A stretch of 63,907 bases of DNA, counting the filler, from Gemmatimonadota bacterium (GTDB lineage: Bacteria; 4572-55; J002), in assembly GCA_003697105.1 (NCBI GenBank). It is 5 parts of 5 records of this genome, joined end to end, with 100 filler letters (N's around TTAATTAATTAA, not from the genome) between each part and the next. Parts side by side here need not be neighbours in the genome. Positions count along the whole stretch, not along the records: positions 41,915 to 61,157 come from RFFQ01000020.1; 4 more parts are not named here. One strand, given 5' to 3'. The notes beneath the pieces are model-generated. The model saw only the letters and a list, made by a program, of their open reading frames with translations, ran no database searches and had not been told where the DNA came from. Within the stretch, counting starts at the first letter, position 1, and each line of letters starts with the position of its first letter. Position numbers and translations under genes: made by a program. Shown here piece by piece: positions 47,227 to 56,796 of the stretch.

Positions 47227-47958
47227 TTAAAAGCGGCTGTCAATGTAATAGGGCAACATTTGAAACCACGTGGGCCAATCATGAGGCATATCATACCCCC
47301 AAATATCCAACTCATGAGGAATATGCTTGGCTTTTAAGACCGCTGATAGATCAATAGACCACTGGGAATGTTCGTATGCCCCTTGCCCCGTCAGGATGTA
47401 TAGATGCGTTTTGGTCTGTAATTTGGCTAAATGATCCCCTTCCAGATTGGGCAGATAATCGATTGGGCTATTGTAGTAACAGTTATCATCATAATAGCCA
47501 TCGGTGTATAGTTTGACATCGTAGGAACCGCTCATTGCGATCATACCGTCAAACAAATCGGGGCGGCGGAAGACCGTATTAGCGGCATGAAACGCGCCCA
47601 AACTGGCGCCGGTGGTGATAATCGGCACTTCATTTCCGCCACAATGAGCATAGATGAACGGTACCACTTCATCCGTCACATAGCGATTGTACTGTTGGTG
47701 ACGAATCGCCTTATCGCGGGGATGCAGGTGGGGATTCATCCAACTTTCATTATTAATGCTATCAATCACATAAACCTTGATTTTCCCGGCTTCGATCCAC
47801 GGCGCCAAACGATGAATCATCCCGCGCTCTTCGTATTCATAGCAGTTGAACGCGGCAGTGGGAAACATCAACAGGGCAAATCCGTAGTGTCCATAGGCAA
47901 TCAGAGGCATTTCTTTGTCTAAATTATCACTCCACCACTGGTGAATTTCTCGATTCAT
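47227..47958 (-). CDS. alpha/beta-hydrolase esterase (COG4947-like), paralog 2
   Basis: YGHYG...FPT; GASLGAFHA nucleophile; HDWPTW. Confidence 0.88.
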   Translation of the reverse strand: MNREIHQWWSDNLDKEMPLIAYGHYGFALLMFPTAAFNCYEYEERGMIHRLAPWIEAGKIKVYVIDSINNESWMNPHLHPRDKAIRHQQYNRYVTDEVVPFIYAHCGGNEVPIITTGASLGAFHAANTVFRRPDLFDGMIAMSGSYDVKLYTDGYYDDNCYYNSPIDYLPNLEGDHLAKLQTKTHLYILTGQGAYEHSQWSIDLSAVLKAKHIPHELDIWGYDMPHDWPTWFQMLPYYIDSRF

Positions 47959-47994
47959 ATTAAAATAATCTCCCTAAAAACCGGTTTGAACGAA

Positions 47995-48723
47995 TTAAAA
48001 CCGGGTTTCGATATACGTGGGTAACATTGCCCGCCACGTGGGCCAATCATGCCGCCATTCGGGTCCCCACACATCCAGTTGGTAATTGATACCCAAGCGA
48101 TATAACAACCAGCCCAGATGCTCCGAATAATAGGGGACTTCATACGCACCAGAGCCGGTAGCAATAATAATATGGTTCTTGGCACGCAAATGCCATAGTT
48201 GCGGACCTTCCGGCATATCATTGAGGTAGGCAAACGGGTTGTTAAAATGGATGTTTTCATCCCAATACCCCCCGGTATGCTTACTGATGTCGTAAATACC
48301 GCTCATGGCAATGGTACCATCGATCACATCGGGATATTTAAACAGGAGATTTGCCGCATGGAACGCACCCAGACTGGCGCCACTGGTGATGGTCAACACC
48401 CGCCCTCGGCAATGATGGTGGATAAACGGGATCACTTCATGGCGAATGTACTCGTTATACTGTTGGTGGCGTATCGCTTTGTGCGCCGGATGCATATCAC
48501 TGAGCCAACTTTCCCGATTGATGCTATCAATGGAAAAGACCTTCACCCGCCCGGCTTCAATGTGATGGCGGATAGCATTAATCAGATGAAAACGCTCATA
48601 TTCCAGAAAATCCGCGGCCGCGGTAGGGATCATGAGCAAGGCAAAACCAAAATGCCCGTAAACGGCAATCGGCATCTCTTTATTCAGATGGGGACTCCAC
48701 CACGAATGAATTTCTCGGTTCAT
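47995..48723 (-). CDS. alpha/beta-hydrolase esterase (COG4947-like), paralog 1
   Basis: YGHFG...IPT; GASLGAFHA; HDWPTW. Confidence 0.88.
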   Translation of the reverse strand: MNREIHSWWSPHLNKEMPIAVYGHFGFALLMIPTAAADFLEYERFHLINAIRHHIEAGRVKVFSIDSINRESWLSDMHPAHKAIRHQQYNEYIRHEVIPFIHHHCRGRVLTITSGASLGAFHAANLLFKYPDVIDGTIAMSGIYDISKHTGGYWDENIHFNNPFAYLNDMPEGPQLWHLRAKNHIIIATGSGAYEVPYYSEHLGWLLYRLGINYQLDVWGPEWRHDWPTWRAMLPTYIETRF

Positions 48724-48842
48724 ATCTTCTCCTATTCCTTAAACTAAATGTAACAGAGGGGACCAGTTTCCGGCGGTGACGGAACGGCTAAAGGTTTCAA
48801 GTAAACCCGCTCTACTAGCGAGGTGAAACAGAAGTCGCCGGC

Positions 48843-51800
48843 TTATTTTGGCAATTTTGGCAAAGCTAAATTTGGTTTATTGTCAAAATCCGGTACAACC
48901 GGTGGATTTTCCTTCAATTGTTGGAGAACCACTTCAATCGATTTATCCAATTGGACATCCCGTCCGGCAACATAATCTTGCGGGGTAATGTCCACATCAA
49001 TGTCTGGGTCTGTGCCGTAATTTTCCACACCCCAGCCCACATCTTTAAACCAGAATGAGAATTCCGGTTGGGTAGTCACCGTACCGTCGATCAAGGCATG
49101 GCGGGGCCAAATGCCGATTACCCCGCCCCACGTTCGTTTTCCGATCAAGGTACCAAGTTCCATGAGTTTGAAACAGTGGCTGAAAATATCTCCATCAGAC
49201 CCGGCATGTTCATTAGTCAGAGCCACGATGGGGCCGAGTACAGAATACGCCGGATACGGTTGTGGTTGCCCCCACCGGGTGAGGTCATAACCCACGCGCT
49301 TCTGTGCCAATTTTTGCAGAATGAGTTGTGACACATGCCCGCCGCCATTGAAGCGGACATCTACAATTAGCGCCTCTCTTTCCACTTCCACATGGTAATA
49401 CCGGTGAAATTCCGAGTACCCCCACGGACCCATGTTCGGGATGTGAACATATCCCACTTTACCGCCGGTTTTTTCGTGGACATACGCTCGATTTGCCTCA
49501 ACCCACTCCCGGTAGCGGGCGCGTGTTTCTTCGGATAGTGTTTTCACCGTGACCGTCCGTTGCCCCGTGTCACTTTCTGCATCGGCGAGCGTCAACGTCA
49601 CTTCTGCGCCGGCTTGATTCACCAGCAAGGCATTCGGGTGTATCCTTTCGCTTACCGGATAACCGCCGACGGCAAGAATCACATCGCCTTCCTTGATATT
49701 CAAGCCGGGAGCCATCAACGGCGAACCCCATCCTTCCGCCCACGTATCCCCTTGGACAATGTGCGTAATTTTCCAGCCGTGCTGTTCAGCGTCATAGACG
49801 ATATCTGCCCCCAACTGCCCCAAACGATAAGACGGCGGGCGGCGATAATCACCGCCGAATTCATAGCAGTGAGAGGTACCCAATTCCCCTTGCATTTCCC
49901 ACATTAAATCCGAGACTTCAGAGCGGGTACAAAGACGATCAATCAAGGGCAAATAGCGTTTGTAAATCCGTTCCCAATCAATACCTGCCATATCCGGTGT
50001 CCAGAAGTGCTCGCGCTGTAACCGCCATGCTTCGCGGTACATTTGTTTCCATTCAGCCGGCGGATCGACCGAAATCCGAATGCGGGACAGGTCTAGCCAA
50101 CCGCTTTCGCGGGAAGGTTCGTCTTCCATTTTATTGAGCAGTTTGTCACCAGCTTTGAATACTCGCAACCGGCCACCCGTCCGGTAAATCACCGTTTTTC
50201 GGTCCCGGCAGACCTTAAAATTGGTCACTCCAGTGGCGACAGTCTCATGCTTTTGCGTCTCAAAATCGTACATTTCAAGGCTACCTTGGGCGGCATGTTC
50301 CTCACGATCCATTTCCTGATCGAGACTCCCACGGGGTTGAAATGAGGTAAACAACACTTTCCCTTTGATGCCCACAATGCGTCCGTACAATCCTTCCGGT
50401 ACCGGAAAAGGAACTACCCGCTCCTGAATTCCTTCCAAATCAATTTGGACCGGTTTGATTTCTTCTTTTTCGTCCTTTTCCTCTGGAGAATCATCGTCCG
50501 TCTCTTTTTCTTGGCGGGCTTTCATCAATTCTTCCAAATCTCCCATAGGTGGTCGCCCTGGTGCTTTTAAGTCTGGAATGAAAGGGGATTTCAAGTCCTT
50601 GCGAAGGGTGATCAGATACGGGCGGTCACCTTTGGGAAAGTTTAAATCAAAATAAATATTGTCATAGACTGGGTTGTAAATCCGCCCGGAGAGAAAATAG
50701 AGATATTTCCCTTCCGGATCGAAGGAGGGGGAATAATCGCCAAAATCGGGTTTAGTGACTTCATAGGTTTCACCGGTTTCAATTCGGCAAAGTTTAATGC
50801 ATGATGTGGCATCGGAGGTTTGAAAACCATACGCGACCCATTCCCCATCGGGTGACCAGAAGACGCCCCGGATCCGCCCGTATTTGCTGTGGTCTAGCCG
50901 CCGAAGATTCCCCTGTTCCAAATCCAGAAACATGAGTTCCTGCCGGTGATTGGGGAAAACCACCTGACAGCGATCATGACGGGGAGACACATACACGTTC
51001 AAAGGACGTCCAATATCAAGGTCGCCAAACCGTTTAACGGTACCGGTTTTATCCAGCGGGTGCAGTTCAAAGGCTTCTTCGCCGTCGGCGTCGGAGACGA
51101 CGATCAAGGCTTTACCGTCGCTGGTCCAGGCACTCAGTCGGTAGCGGACACCGTCGCGTTCGCCGTATTGATTCACCGCACCTTCCCATAATCCCATGGT
51201 AAATGCTTTTCCGCGAGCTGTGATGACGGCGGAATGACCTTCGGGATGAAGCCCGTAATCTTCCAGATACTTGGCGGCACTAACAAATTTACGGTTGCGT
51301 TGCACCTGCGGGCTATAAAATTCTACCGGAATTTCAGTTTCCGTATCCGTTGCGGGGTCATACAGGTACAAATCTGCCCCGGAATGGTACACAATTCGTT
51401 TACCGTCGGTGGTGGGGTTACGGACATAATATTCTTCATGATTGGTGTGGCGTTTCAGGTCATCGCCAGAGGGCAAACAAGAGTATAAATTACCAATCCC
51501 TTCATGGTCCGCGAGGAAATAGATACGCTCTCCGATCCACATGGGGTTACTCATATTTCCCCGGAGGCTGATAAGGCGCTTAAATTCACCGCTGCCTTCG
51601 GCATCAATCCAGAGGTCACCGGCCGTACCACCTTTGTAGCGCTTCCACCGGGCAGGGTCGGCGGTGTTTCGCCCGATCACAACGCCACCGTTCGCACCAA
51701 ACGTGATATTTCGGGCGGGACCATATGGCAACAAGGTGGAGTCACCCCCATCTGGAGAAATACTCCACAAATTCAGAATGCGCTTGAAAGGTTGGCCCCG

Positions 51801-52121
51801 GTCGCTGGCATAGATAATCGATTTACCGTCCCGACTCCAGCCGGCAACCAAACCACCCAGAATACCCCCATTGTACGTCAATCGGGTGGCTTTTCCACCC
51901 ACCGCGGGCATCAGGTACACTTCAGTATCCCCTTCTTCTTTCCCCGTAAACGCAATCCATTGCCCATCCGGTGAAAGCATGGGGCGACTGCTTTCACCTA
52001 AATTTGAGGTCAACCGGCGGGCAATTCCACCCTTGACCGGCACTGTCCAGAGATCATCTTCACATAAAAACACTAATGTCTCATCACAGATTGTCGGGAA
52101 GCGATAATAACCAGCACTCAT
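48843..52121 (-). CDS. tri: tricorn protease (peptidase S41)
   Basis: GYYRFPTI, WKRYKGGTAG, GELGTSH, DVRFNGGG, catalytic AGSDGD, GKRTWGG; no signal peptide. Confidence 0.95.
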   Translation of the reverse strand: MSAGYYRFPTICDETLVFLCEDDLWTVPVKGGIARRLTSNLGESSRPMLSPDGQWIAFTGKEEGDTEVYLMPAVGGKATRLTYNGGILGGLVAGWSRDGKSIIYASDRGQPFKRILNLWSISPDGGDSTLLPYGPARNITFGANGGVVIGRNTADPARWKRYKGGTAGDLWIDAEGSGEFKRLISLRGNMSNPMWIGERIYFLADHEGIGNLYSCLPSGDDLKRHTNHEEYYVRNPTTDGKRIVYHSGADLYLYDPATDTETEIPVEFYSPQVQRNRKFVSAAKYLEDYGLHPEGHSAVITARGKAFTMGLWEGAVNQYGERDGVRYRLSAWTSDGKALIVVSDADGEEAFELHPLDKTGTVKRFGDLDIGRPLNVYVSPRHDRCQVVFPNHRQELMFLDLEQGNLRRLDHSKYGRIRGVFWSPDGEWVAYGFQTSDATSCIKLCRIETGETYEVTKPDFGDYSPSFDPEGKYLYFLSGRIYNPVYDNIYFDLNFPKGDRPYLITLRKDLKSPFIPDLKAPGRPPMGDLEELMKARQEKETDDDSPEEKDEKEEIKPVQIDLEGIQERVVPFPVPEGLYGRIVGIKGKVLFTSFQPRGSLDQEMDREEHAAQGSLEMYDFETQKHETVATGVTNFKVCRDRKTVIYRTGGRLRVFKAGDKLLNKMEDEPSRESGWLDLSRIRISVDPPAEWKQMYREAWRLQREHFWTPDMAGIDWERIYKRYLPLIDRLCTRSEVSDLMWEMQGELGTSHCYEFGGDYRRPPSYRLGQLGADIVYDAEQHGWKITHIVQGDTWAEGWGSPLMAPGLNIKEGDVILAVGGYPVSERIHPNALLVNQAGAEVTLTLADAESDTGQRTVTVKTLSEETRARYREWVEANRAYVHEKTGGKVGYVHIPNMGPWGYSEFHRYYHVEVEREALIVDVRFNGGGHVSQLILQKLAQKRVGYDLTRWGQPQPYPAYSVLGPIVALTNEHAGSDGDIFSHCFKLMELGTLIGKRTWGGVIGIWPRHALIDGTVTTQPEFSFWFKDVGWGVENYGTDPDIDVDITPQDYVAGRDVQLDKSIEVVLQQLKENPPVVPDFDNKPNLALPKLPK

Positions 52122-52299
52122 ACTATCCGTCTCCATAAGAACGATGTTACGATTAAGGAAATTTTGTTTGGGGTTATCTATAGGTAATCGCGGACGATCC
52201 GTCAAGCAAAATCTTTATAATATCAGGTGGTTAGGGGCTATTTTTGGACATATCGCCCCGCAAAAAAAACGATAACCCCTTACAATTGCTAAAATTCTC

Positions 52300-52328
52300 T
52301 TGAATTATCTCAACCGGTATGTTATAAT
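52300..52328 (+). promoter_or_regulatory. sigma70-like promoter for gpsA
   Basis: TTGAAT-17 nt-TATAAT with TGn. Confidence 0.6.
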
Positions 52329-52389
52329 TTTTTCCATAACAAGTTTGTTATCAGTGTTCTAAGGCTTTATTTCAAGAAAGAGATCTATC

Positions 52390-53394
52390 ATGAAAAAAAC
52401 AACGGTACTGGGTGCCGGCAGTTGGGGCACCACGCTTGCGCTACAGTTAGCCCGCAACCAACATGAGGTCCGATTATGGGAATATCGACCCGAAGTGGCT
52501 CAGGTGTTGGCAGAAACACGCCGTAATGATCCATTTCTCCCCGGTATTCCTATCCCCAATTCGATCACCATCTCTGCCGATTTGGAGGCATTGGTTGCCG
52601 ATGCAGATTTAATCGCCTTTGTCGTCCCGTCGTCGGCGGTACGGTCTGTCGCGCACCAGCTCAACCGGTGTGAAATGAAGTCGCCCATTATCGTCAATGC
52701 CGCCAAGGGTATTGAGATTGATTCGCTTTTGCGGATGTCCGAAGTATTGAAGGAAGAACTCCCCGGACGCTTTCATCCCCGAATCGCCACGCTCTCCGGA
52801 CCCAGCCATGCCGAGGAGGTCAGTCGAAATATTCCCACCACTATCGTAGCGGCTTCCGAAAACCCCGAAATCGCGGCAGAAGTACAAGCTACTTTTATGT
52901 CCCCCACGTTACGGATTTACACCAATCGGGATATTGTCGGTGTGGAGCTTGCCGGATCGCTGAAAAATGTGATTGCCATTGCCACCGGTATTTGCGACGG
53001 TCTCGGTTTTGGAGATAATACCAAAGGGGCATTATTAACTCGCGGATTAGCCGAAATATCCCGTTTGGGGGTGGCGATGGGTGCCAATCCACTGACATTT
53101 GCCGGACTATCCGGTATGGGTGACTTGATCACAACCTGTATGAGCCGGCATAGCCGGAATCGCTATGTCGGTGAGCAAATTGGTAAAGGTCGCAAATTAG
53201 CGGAAATTCTCGATGAAATGGTGATGGTGGCCGAAGGGGTCAAAACCACTCGATCCGCCCATCAATTACGCCAAAAAATGAACATCGATATGCCGATTAC
53301 AGAAAAAGTGTATGATGTGCTCTTTAACAATGAAGACCCGAAGACCGCCGTTGCCAGCCTGATGGAACGCGATCCAAAGTCCGAGATTGAATAA
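52390..53394 (+). CDS. gpsA: NAD(P)H-dependent glycerol-3-phosphate dehydrogenase
   Basis: GAGSWGT, LSGPSHAEEV, LKNVIAI, GLSGMGDL..TC.S.HSRN. Confidence 0.97.
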   Translation: MKKTTVLGAGSWGTTLALQLARNQHEVRLWEYRPEVAQVLAETRRNDPFLPGIPIPNSITISADLEALVADADLIAFVVPSSAVRSVAHQLNRCEMKSPIIVNAAKGIEIDSLLRMSEVLKEELPGRFHPRIATLSGPSHAEEVSRNIPTTIVAASENPEIAAEVQATFMSPTLRIYTNRDIVGVELAGSLKNVIAIATGICDGLGFGDNTKGALLTRGLAEISRLGVAMGANPLTFAGLSGMGDLITTCMSRHSRNRYVGEQIGKGRKLAEILDEMVMVAEGVKTTRSAHQLRQKMNIDMPITEKVYDVLFNNEDPKTAVASLMERDPKSEIE

Positions 53395-53409
53395 CAAGGG
53401 AGAGAAACA

Positions 53410-53811
53410 GTGCCGAAAGATACACGGGATCGTCTCTACCATTCGATCAGTGAAGTCTGTAACATCACCGATATTCGCCCACATGTGCTCCGGTATTGGG
53501 AATCCGAATTTCGAGAGTTAAACCCCCGTAAAAATCGGGCTGGTAACCGCATCTATCGGGATTCCGACATTAAATTGATCTTGCTGATCAAACACTTGCT
53601 TTACGAAGAACGATACACCATTGAAGGGGCCAAGCGGAAGTTAGCGCAACTCAAAGAAAACGGCACCATTGATGAGGTGGAAATCATCGATTTGCGCGCA
53701 AAAGAATTGTTACTCGAATTAAAAAAGGATTTATTAGAACTGCACGAAATGCTCTCGCAGAGTCATATTCAAGATTACTTAAACTCCACAAAATCACGTA
53801 AAAAAAATTAA
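53410..53811 (+). CDS. MerR-family transcriptional regulator
   Basis: YHSISEV...HVLRYWESEF..L.P.KNRAGNRIY...LLY..RYTIEGAK. Confidence 0.9.
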   Translation: MPKDTRDRLYHSISEVCNITDIRPHVLRYWESEFRELNPRKNRAGNRIYRDSDIKLILLIKHLLYEERYTIEGAKRKLAQLKENGTIDEVEIIDLRAKELLLELKKDLLELHEMLSQSHIQDYLNSTKSRKKN

Positions 53812-53814
53812 AAT

Positions 53815-54765
53815 ATGCCCACACTTGATTTTTCCCAAGTGAACCTCATTCCGATTGCCTCTCGTGCCAATAAAGTCTCATTAGAAAATATGGCACAACC
53901 GGTTCCGCCGGATGCTTCTTTTGCTACGTTTTGGGATGCCCTACCGGATATTTTAGCAGTGCAACGTTTGAAGACGGTCGCTCAAGCCATTGCTCACGCC
54001 CATTTACATCAAAAACCGGTGATTGCTATGGTTGGCGCCCATACGATCAAATGTGGACTCAGCCCGATTTTTGTCGAGATGATGAAACAGCGCCTCATCA
54101 CCTGCTTCTCAGCGAATGGCGCATTTGCGATCCATGATTTTGAATTTGCCTTTTGGGGCAATACCTCCGAAGATGTTGCCCAAAATCTGAAAGATGGCTC
54201 TTTTGGAATGGCACAAGAGACCGGCGAAGGGATCAATCTGGCGATTCGAGAACGAGCGGAAGAAGGAATCGGTTTTGGACAGATTGTGGGAGACGCCATT
54301 GTGCGGGCAGATGCCCCCAACAAAGCACTCAGCATTTTAGCGACAGGTGCCCAAGAACATCTGCCGGTAACGATCCATGTAGCCATCGGGACGGACATCA
54401 TTCACCAGCAACCCTCCGCCGACGGGGCGGCGATCGGCCGGGCTAGCTATGATGATTTTAAGAAATTAGCAGGGGTAGTGGCAGAACTCGGTAATGGGGG
54501 AGTGGTGCTGAACCTCGGTTCGGCGGTCATCATGCCGGAAGTATTTCTGAAAGCATTGACGGTTGCCCGCAATTTAGGGTATCCGGTCACCCATTTTACC
54601 ACCGCTAATTTTGATATGATTCAGCACTATCGGCCGAATGTCAATGTGGTTTCCCGCCCGGTGATGTCTGGCGGGCAAGGTTATTCGATTACGGGTCATC
54701 ACGAAATTTTATTACCCTTACTCTATACCGGTACCCTGCTGGAACTTTCCCGAAAAAGGGCTTGA
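53815..54765 (+). CDS. conserved protein with deoxyhypusine-synthase-like fold
   Basis: GAH.IKCGL, NGA..IHDFE, GSAVIMPEVFLKAL, HYRP..NVV.RP, GHHEI. Confidence 0.75.
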   Translation: MPTLDFSQVNLIPIASRANKVSLENMAQPVPPDASFATFWDALPDILAVQRLKTVAQAIAHAHLHQKPVIAMVGAHTIKCGLSPIFVEMMKQRLITCFSANGAFAIHDFEFAFWGNTSEDVAQNLKDGSFGMAQETGEGINLAIRERAEEGIGFGQIVGDAIVRADAPNKALSILATGAQEHLPVTIHVAIGTDIIHQQPSADGAAIGRASYDDFKKLAGVVAELGNGGVVLNLGSAVIMPEVFLKALTVARNLGYPVTHFTTANFDMIQHYRPNVNVVSRPVMSGGQGYSITGHHEILLPLLYTGTLLELSRKRA

Positions 54766-54821
54766 CAAAAATTCCCCCGTATGATAAGGTGATTCCCTGA
54801 ATTTTAAAGGGGAATACGGGA

Positions 54822-55571
54822 ATGACGGATAAAATGAGTATCGCTTTTCGAGGCACGCCAGCAGGTCTTGTGGTGGTGGTGGATGAAGAAAAACCTTTCA
54901 AAACAATCATGGCTGATCTAGTCCGGAAATTGGAAGATTCCGGCTATTTTTTTGTGGGCGCAGATGTGACCTTAGACCTTGGGTCGCGCGATCTGGATCG
55001 TACGGAGCTAAATCAGGTCGCAGAGACCATCCAAAACAAGCACGGACTTGTCATTACCGGCGTCAAAACAACATCAGAACGCACGAAATCTGCTGCCCAA
55101 GCTCTTGACGTTAATATCGTTCACGAGGATCATCCGGCACCGAATGCGTCTGCTAAAACTGAAATTGCCCCGCCCACTCATGCGACACCCCCGGTACCGG
55201 AGTACCCGCCGACGTTATCTCCAATTCCCCCTGGTGAATTGCCCACAGAAATTGTCCGCCGGACGTTTCGCTCGGGGCAACAGTACGAAAGTGCAGGAAA
55301 TTTAGTGGTGTTAGGTGATGTAAATGCCGGCGCAGAATTGATTGCCGCCGGCGATATTATTATCTTTGGGGCATTACGTGGTATGGCATTTGCGGGGTCA
55401 ACCGGCAAAACGGATGCCATGATTTTGGCACTCAAACTGAATCCTACCCAACTGCGAATTGCGGACCGGGTTGCCCGTTCCGCCGGGGATGTTGTGGAGA
55501 ACAACCCGGGACCCGAAGTCGCATTTATTGAAAATGATCAGATCGTAATTGATGTGTGGGGCAAACATTAA
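54822..55571 (+). CDS. minC: septum site-determining protein MinC
   Basis: RSGQ, VVLGDVNAGAELIA.G.I.I.GALRG.A.AG, PTQLRIA. Confidence 0.93.
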   Translation: MTDKMSIAFRGTPAGLVVVVDEEKPFKTIMADLVRKLEDSGYFFVGADVTLDLGSRDLDRTELNQVAETIQNKHGLVITGVKTTSERTKSAAQALDVNIVHEDHPAPNASAKTEIAPPTHATPPVPEYPPTLSPIPPGELPTEIVRRTFRSGQQYESAGNLVVLGDVNAGAELIAAGDIIIFGALRGMAFAGSTGKTDAMILALKLNPTQLRIADRVARSAGDVVENNPGPEVAFIENDQIVIDVWGKH

Positions 55572-55614
55572 GCATGCTTCACCGGATTGCTTAATCGATA
55601 GAAGGAACATGTGA

Positions 55615-56418
55615 ATGCTTTCAAAAGTGATCGTGATTACCTCCGGTAAAGGCGGTGTGGGCAAGACGACCACCGTTGCCCATATCGGTACGGCGTTGGC
55701 ACTAATGGGCCGAAAAGTGGCCGTCGTGGATGCGGACATTGGGTTGCGGAACCTTGATATTATCCTCGGCTTGGAAAACCGGATTGTCTATGATTTGGTG
55801 AATGTGATCGAGGGTACTTGTAAATTGAATCAAGCGCTGATCCGGGATAAACGGGTCGGAAATTTATACCTGTTGCCCGCCGCCCAAACCCGTACCAAAG
55901 AAGCCGTTGAACCCGAACAAATGAAAGCCTTGTGCCACAGTCTGCGGGAAACCTTTGATTATGTTTTGATTGACTCTCCTGCCGGAATTGAAGGCGGCTT
56001 TCGGAATGCACTTGCCGGGGCAGATAGTGCTATTATTGTGACAACACCGCATGTCTCCGCCGTACGGGATGCCGACCGGATTATTGGGTTAGTGGAAGCC
56101 GCCGAAAAAGGAATCCCTAAATTAATTATCAACCGGCTCGATATTGAAATGGTCAAAAAGGGGGAGATGCTGGATCAGGACGATATTGTGGATATTTTAT
56201 CAATTGGACTATTAGGGATTATTCCGGAAGACCCAGCCATTGTAACCGCATCAAATCGGGGTGAATCTGTATTTAACAATGACAAATCCAAATCTGCAGA
56301 AGCCTACCGGCGTATCGCCCGACGCATTGAAGGCGAAGATGTCCCACTGCTAGACCTTGATGATAATCATAGCTTTTTAGGTCGCTTAAAGCGTATTTTA
56401 ACCACAAATATTGGGTAG
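55615..56418 (+). CDS. minD: septum site-determining ATPase MinD
   Basis: SGKGGVGKTT, DADIGLRNLD..GLENR.VYD, DSPAGIE, C-terminal amphipathic helix. Confidence 0.97.
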   Translation: MLSKVIVITSGKGGVGKTTTVAHIGTALALMGRKVAVVDADIGLRNLDIILGLENRIVYDLVNVIEGTCKLNQALIRDKRVGNLYLLPAAQTRTKEAVEPEQMKALCHSLRETFDYVLIDSPAGIEGGFRNALAGADSAIIVTTPHVSAVRDADRIIGLVEAAEKGIPKLIINRLDIEMVKKGEMLDQDDIVDILSIGLLGIIPEDPAIVTASNRGESVFNNDKSKSAEAYRRIARRIEGEDVPLLDLDDNHSFLGRLKRILTTNIG

Positions 56419-56430
56419 GAAGGTGGTATA

Positions 56431-56709
56431 ATGGATTGGATCACAAAATGGTTCGGGAAAGGGCAATCCTCTAAAGATAGTGCCAAACAACGGCTGAAAT
56501 TGGTCTTAGTGCATGACCGTGCCACTATTTCACCCCATTTGATCGAAGCTTTGAAAGAAGAAATTATGGATGTGATTCGAAAATACATTGAAGTAGATGA
56601 TTCCGGTTTGGATATTTCACTGGATGAAAGCGGGGATTCCGTAGCCCTGCTGGCAAATATCCCCATCAAAGGGTTACGGCGCAATTCCAACCCGGCGAAT
56701 TCCATGTAA
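56431..56709 (+). CDS. minE: cell division topological specificity factor MinE
   Basis: SKDSAKQRLKLVLVHDR...KEEIMDVIRKY...LANIPI. Confidence 0.95.
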   Translation: MDWITKWFGKGQSSKDSAKQRLKLVLVHDRATISPHLIEALKEEIMDVIRKYIEVDDSGLDISLDESGDSVALLANIPIKGLRRNSNPANSM

Positions 56710-56733
56710 CCCGGTTAGAATTCAGGTTCATAT

Positions 56734-56778
56734 AAAACAGGCGAAGGGTATTTGTTACTCCTTCGCCTGTTGTATTTT
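56734..56778. terminator. probably bidirectional terminator between minE and the mglA-like gene
   Basis: AACAGGCGAAGGGTA-loop-TACTCCTTCGCCTGTT. Confidence 0.8.
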
Positions 56779-56796
56779 GCTGCGGTTACGTCCGAT

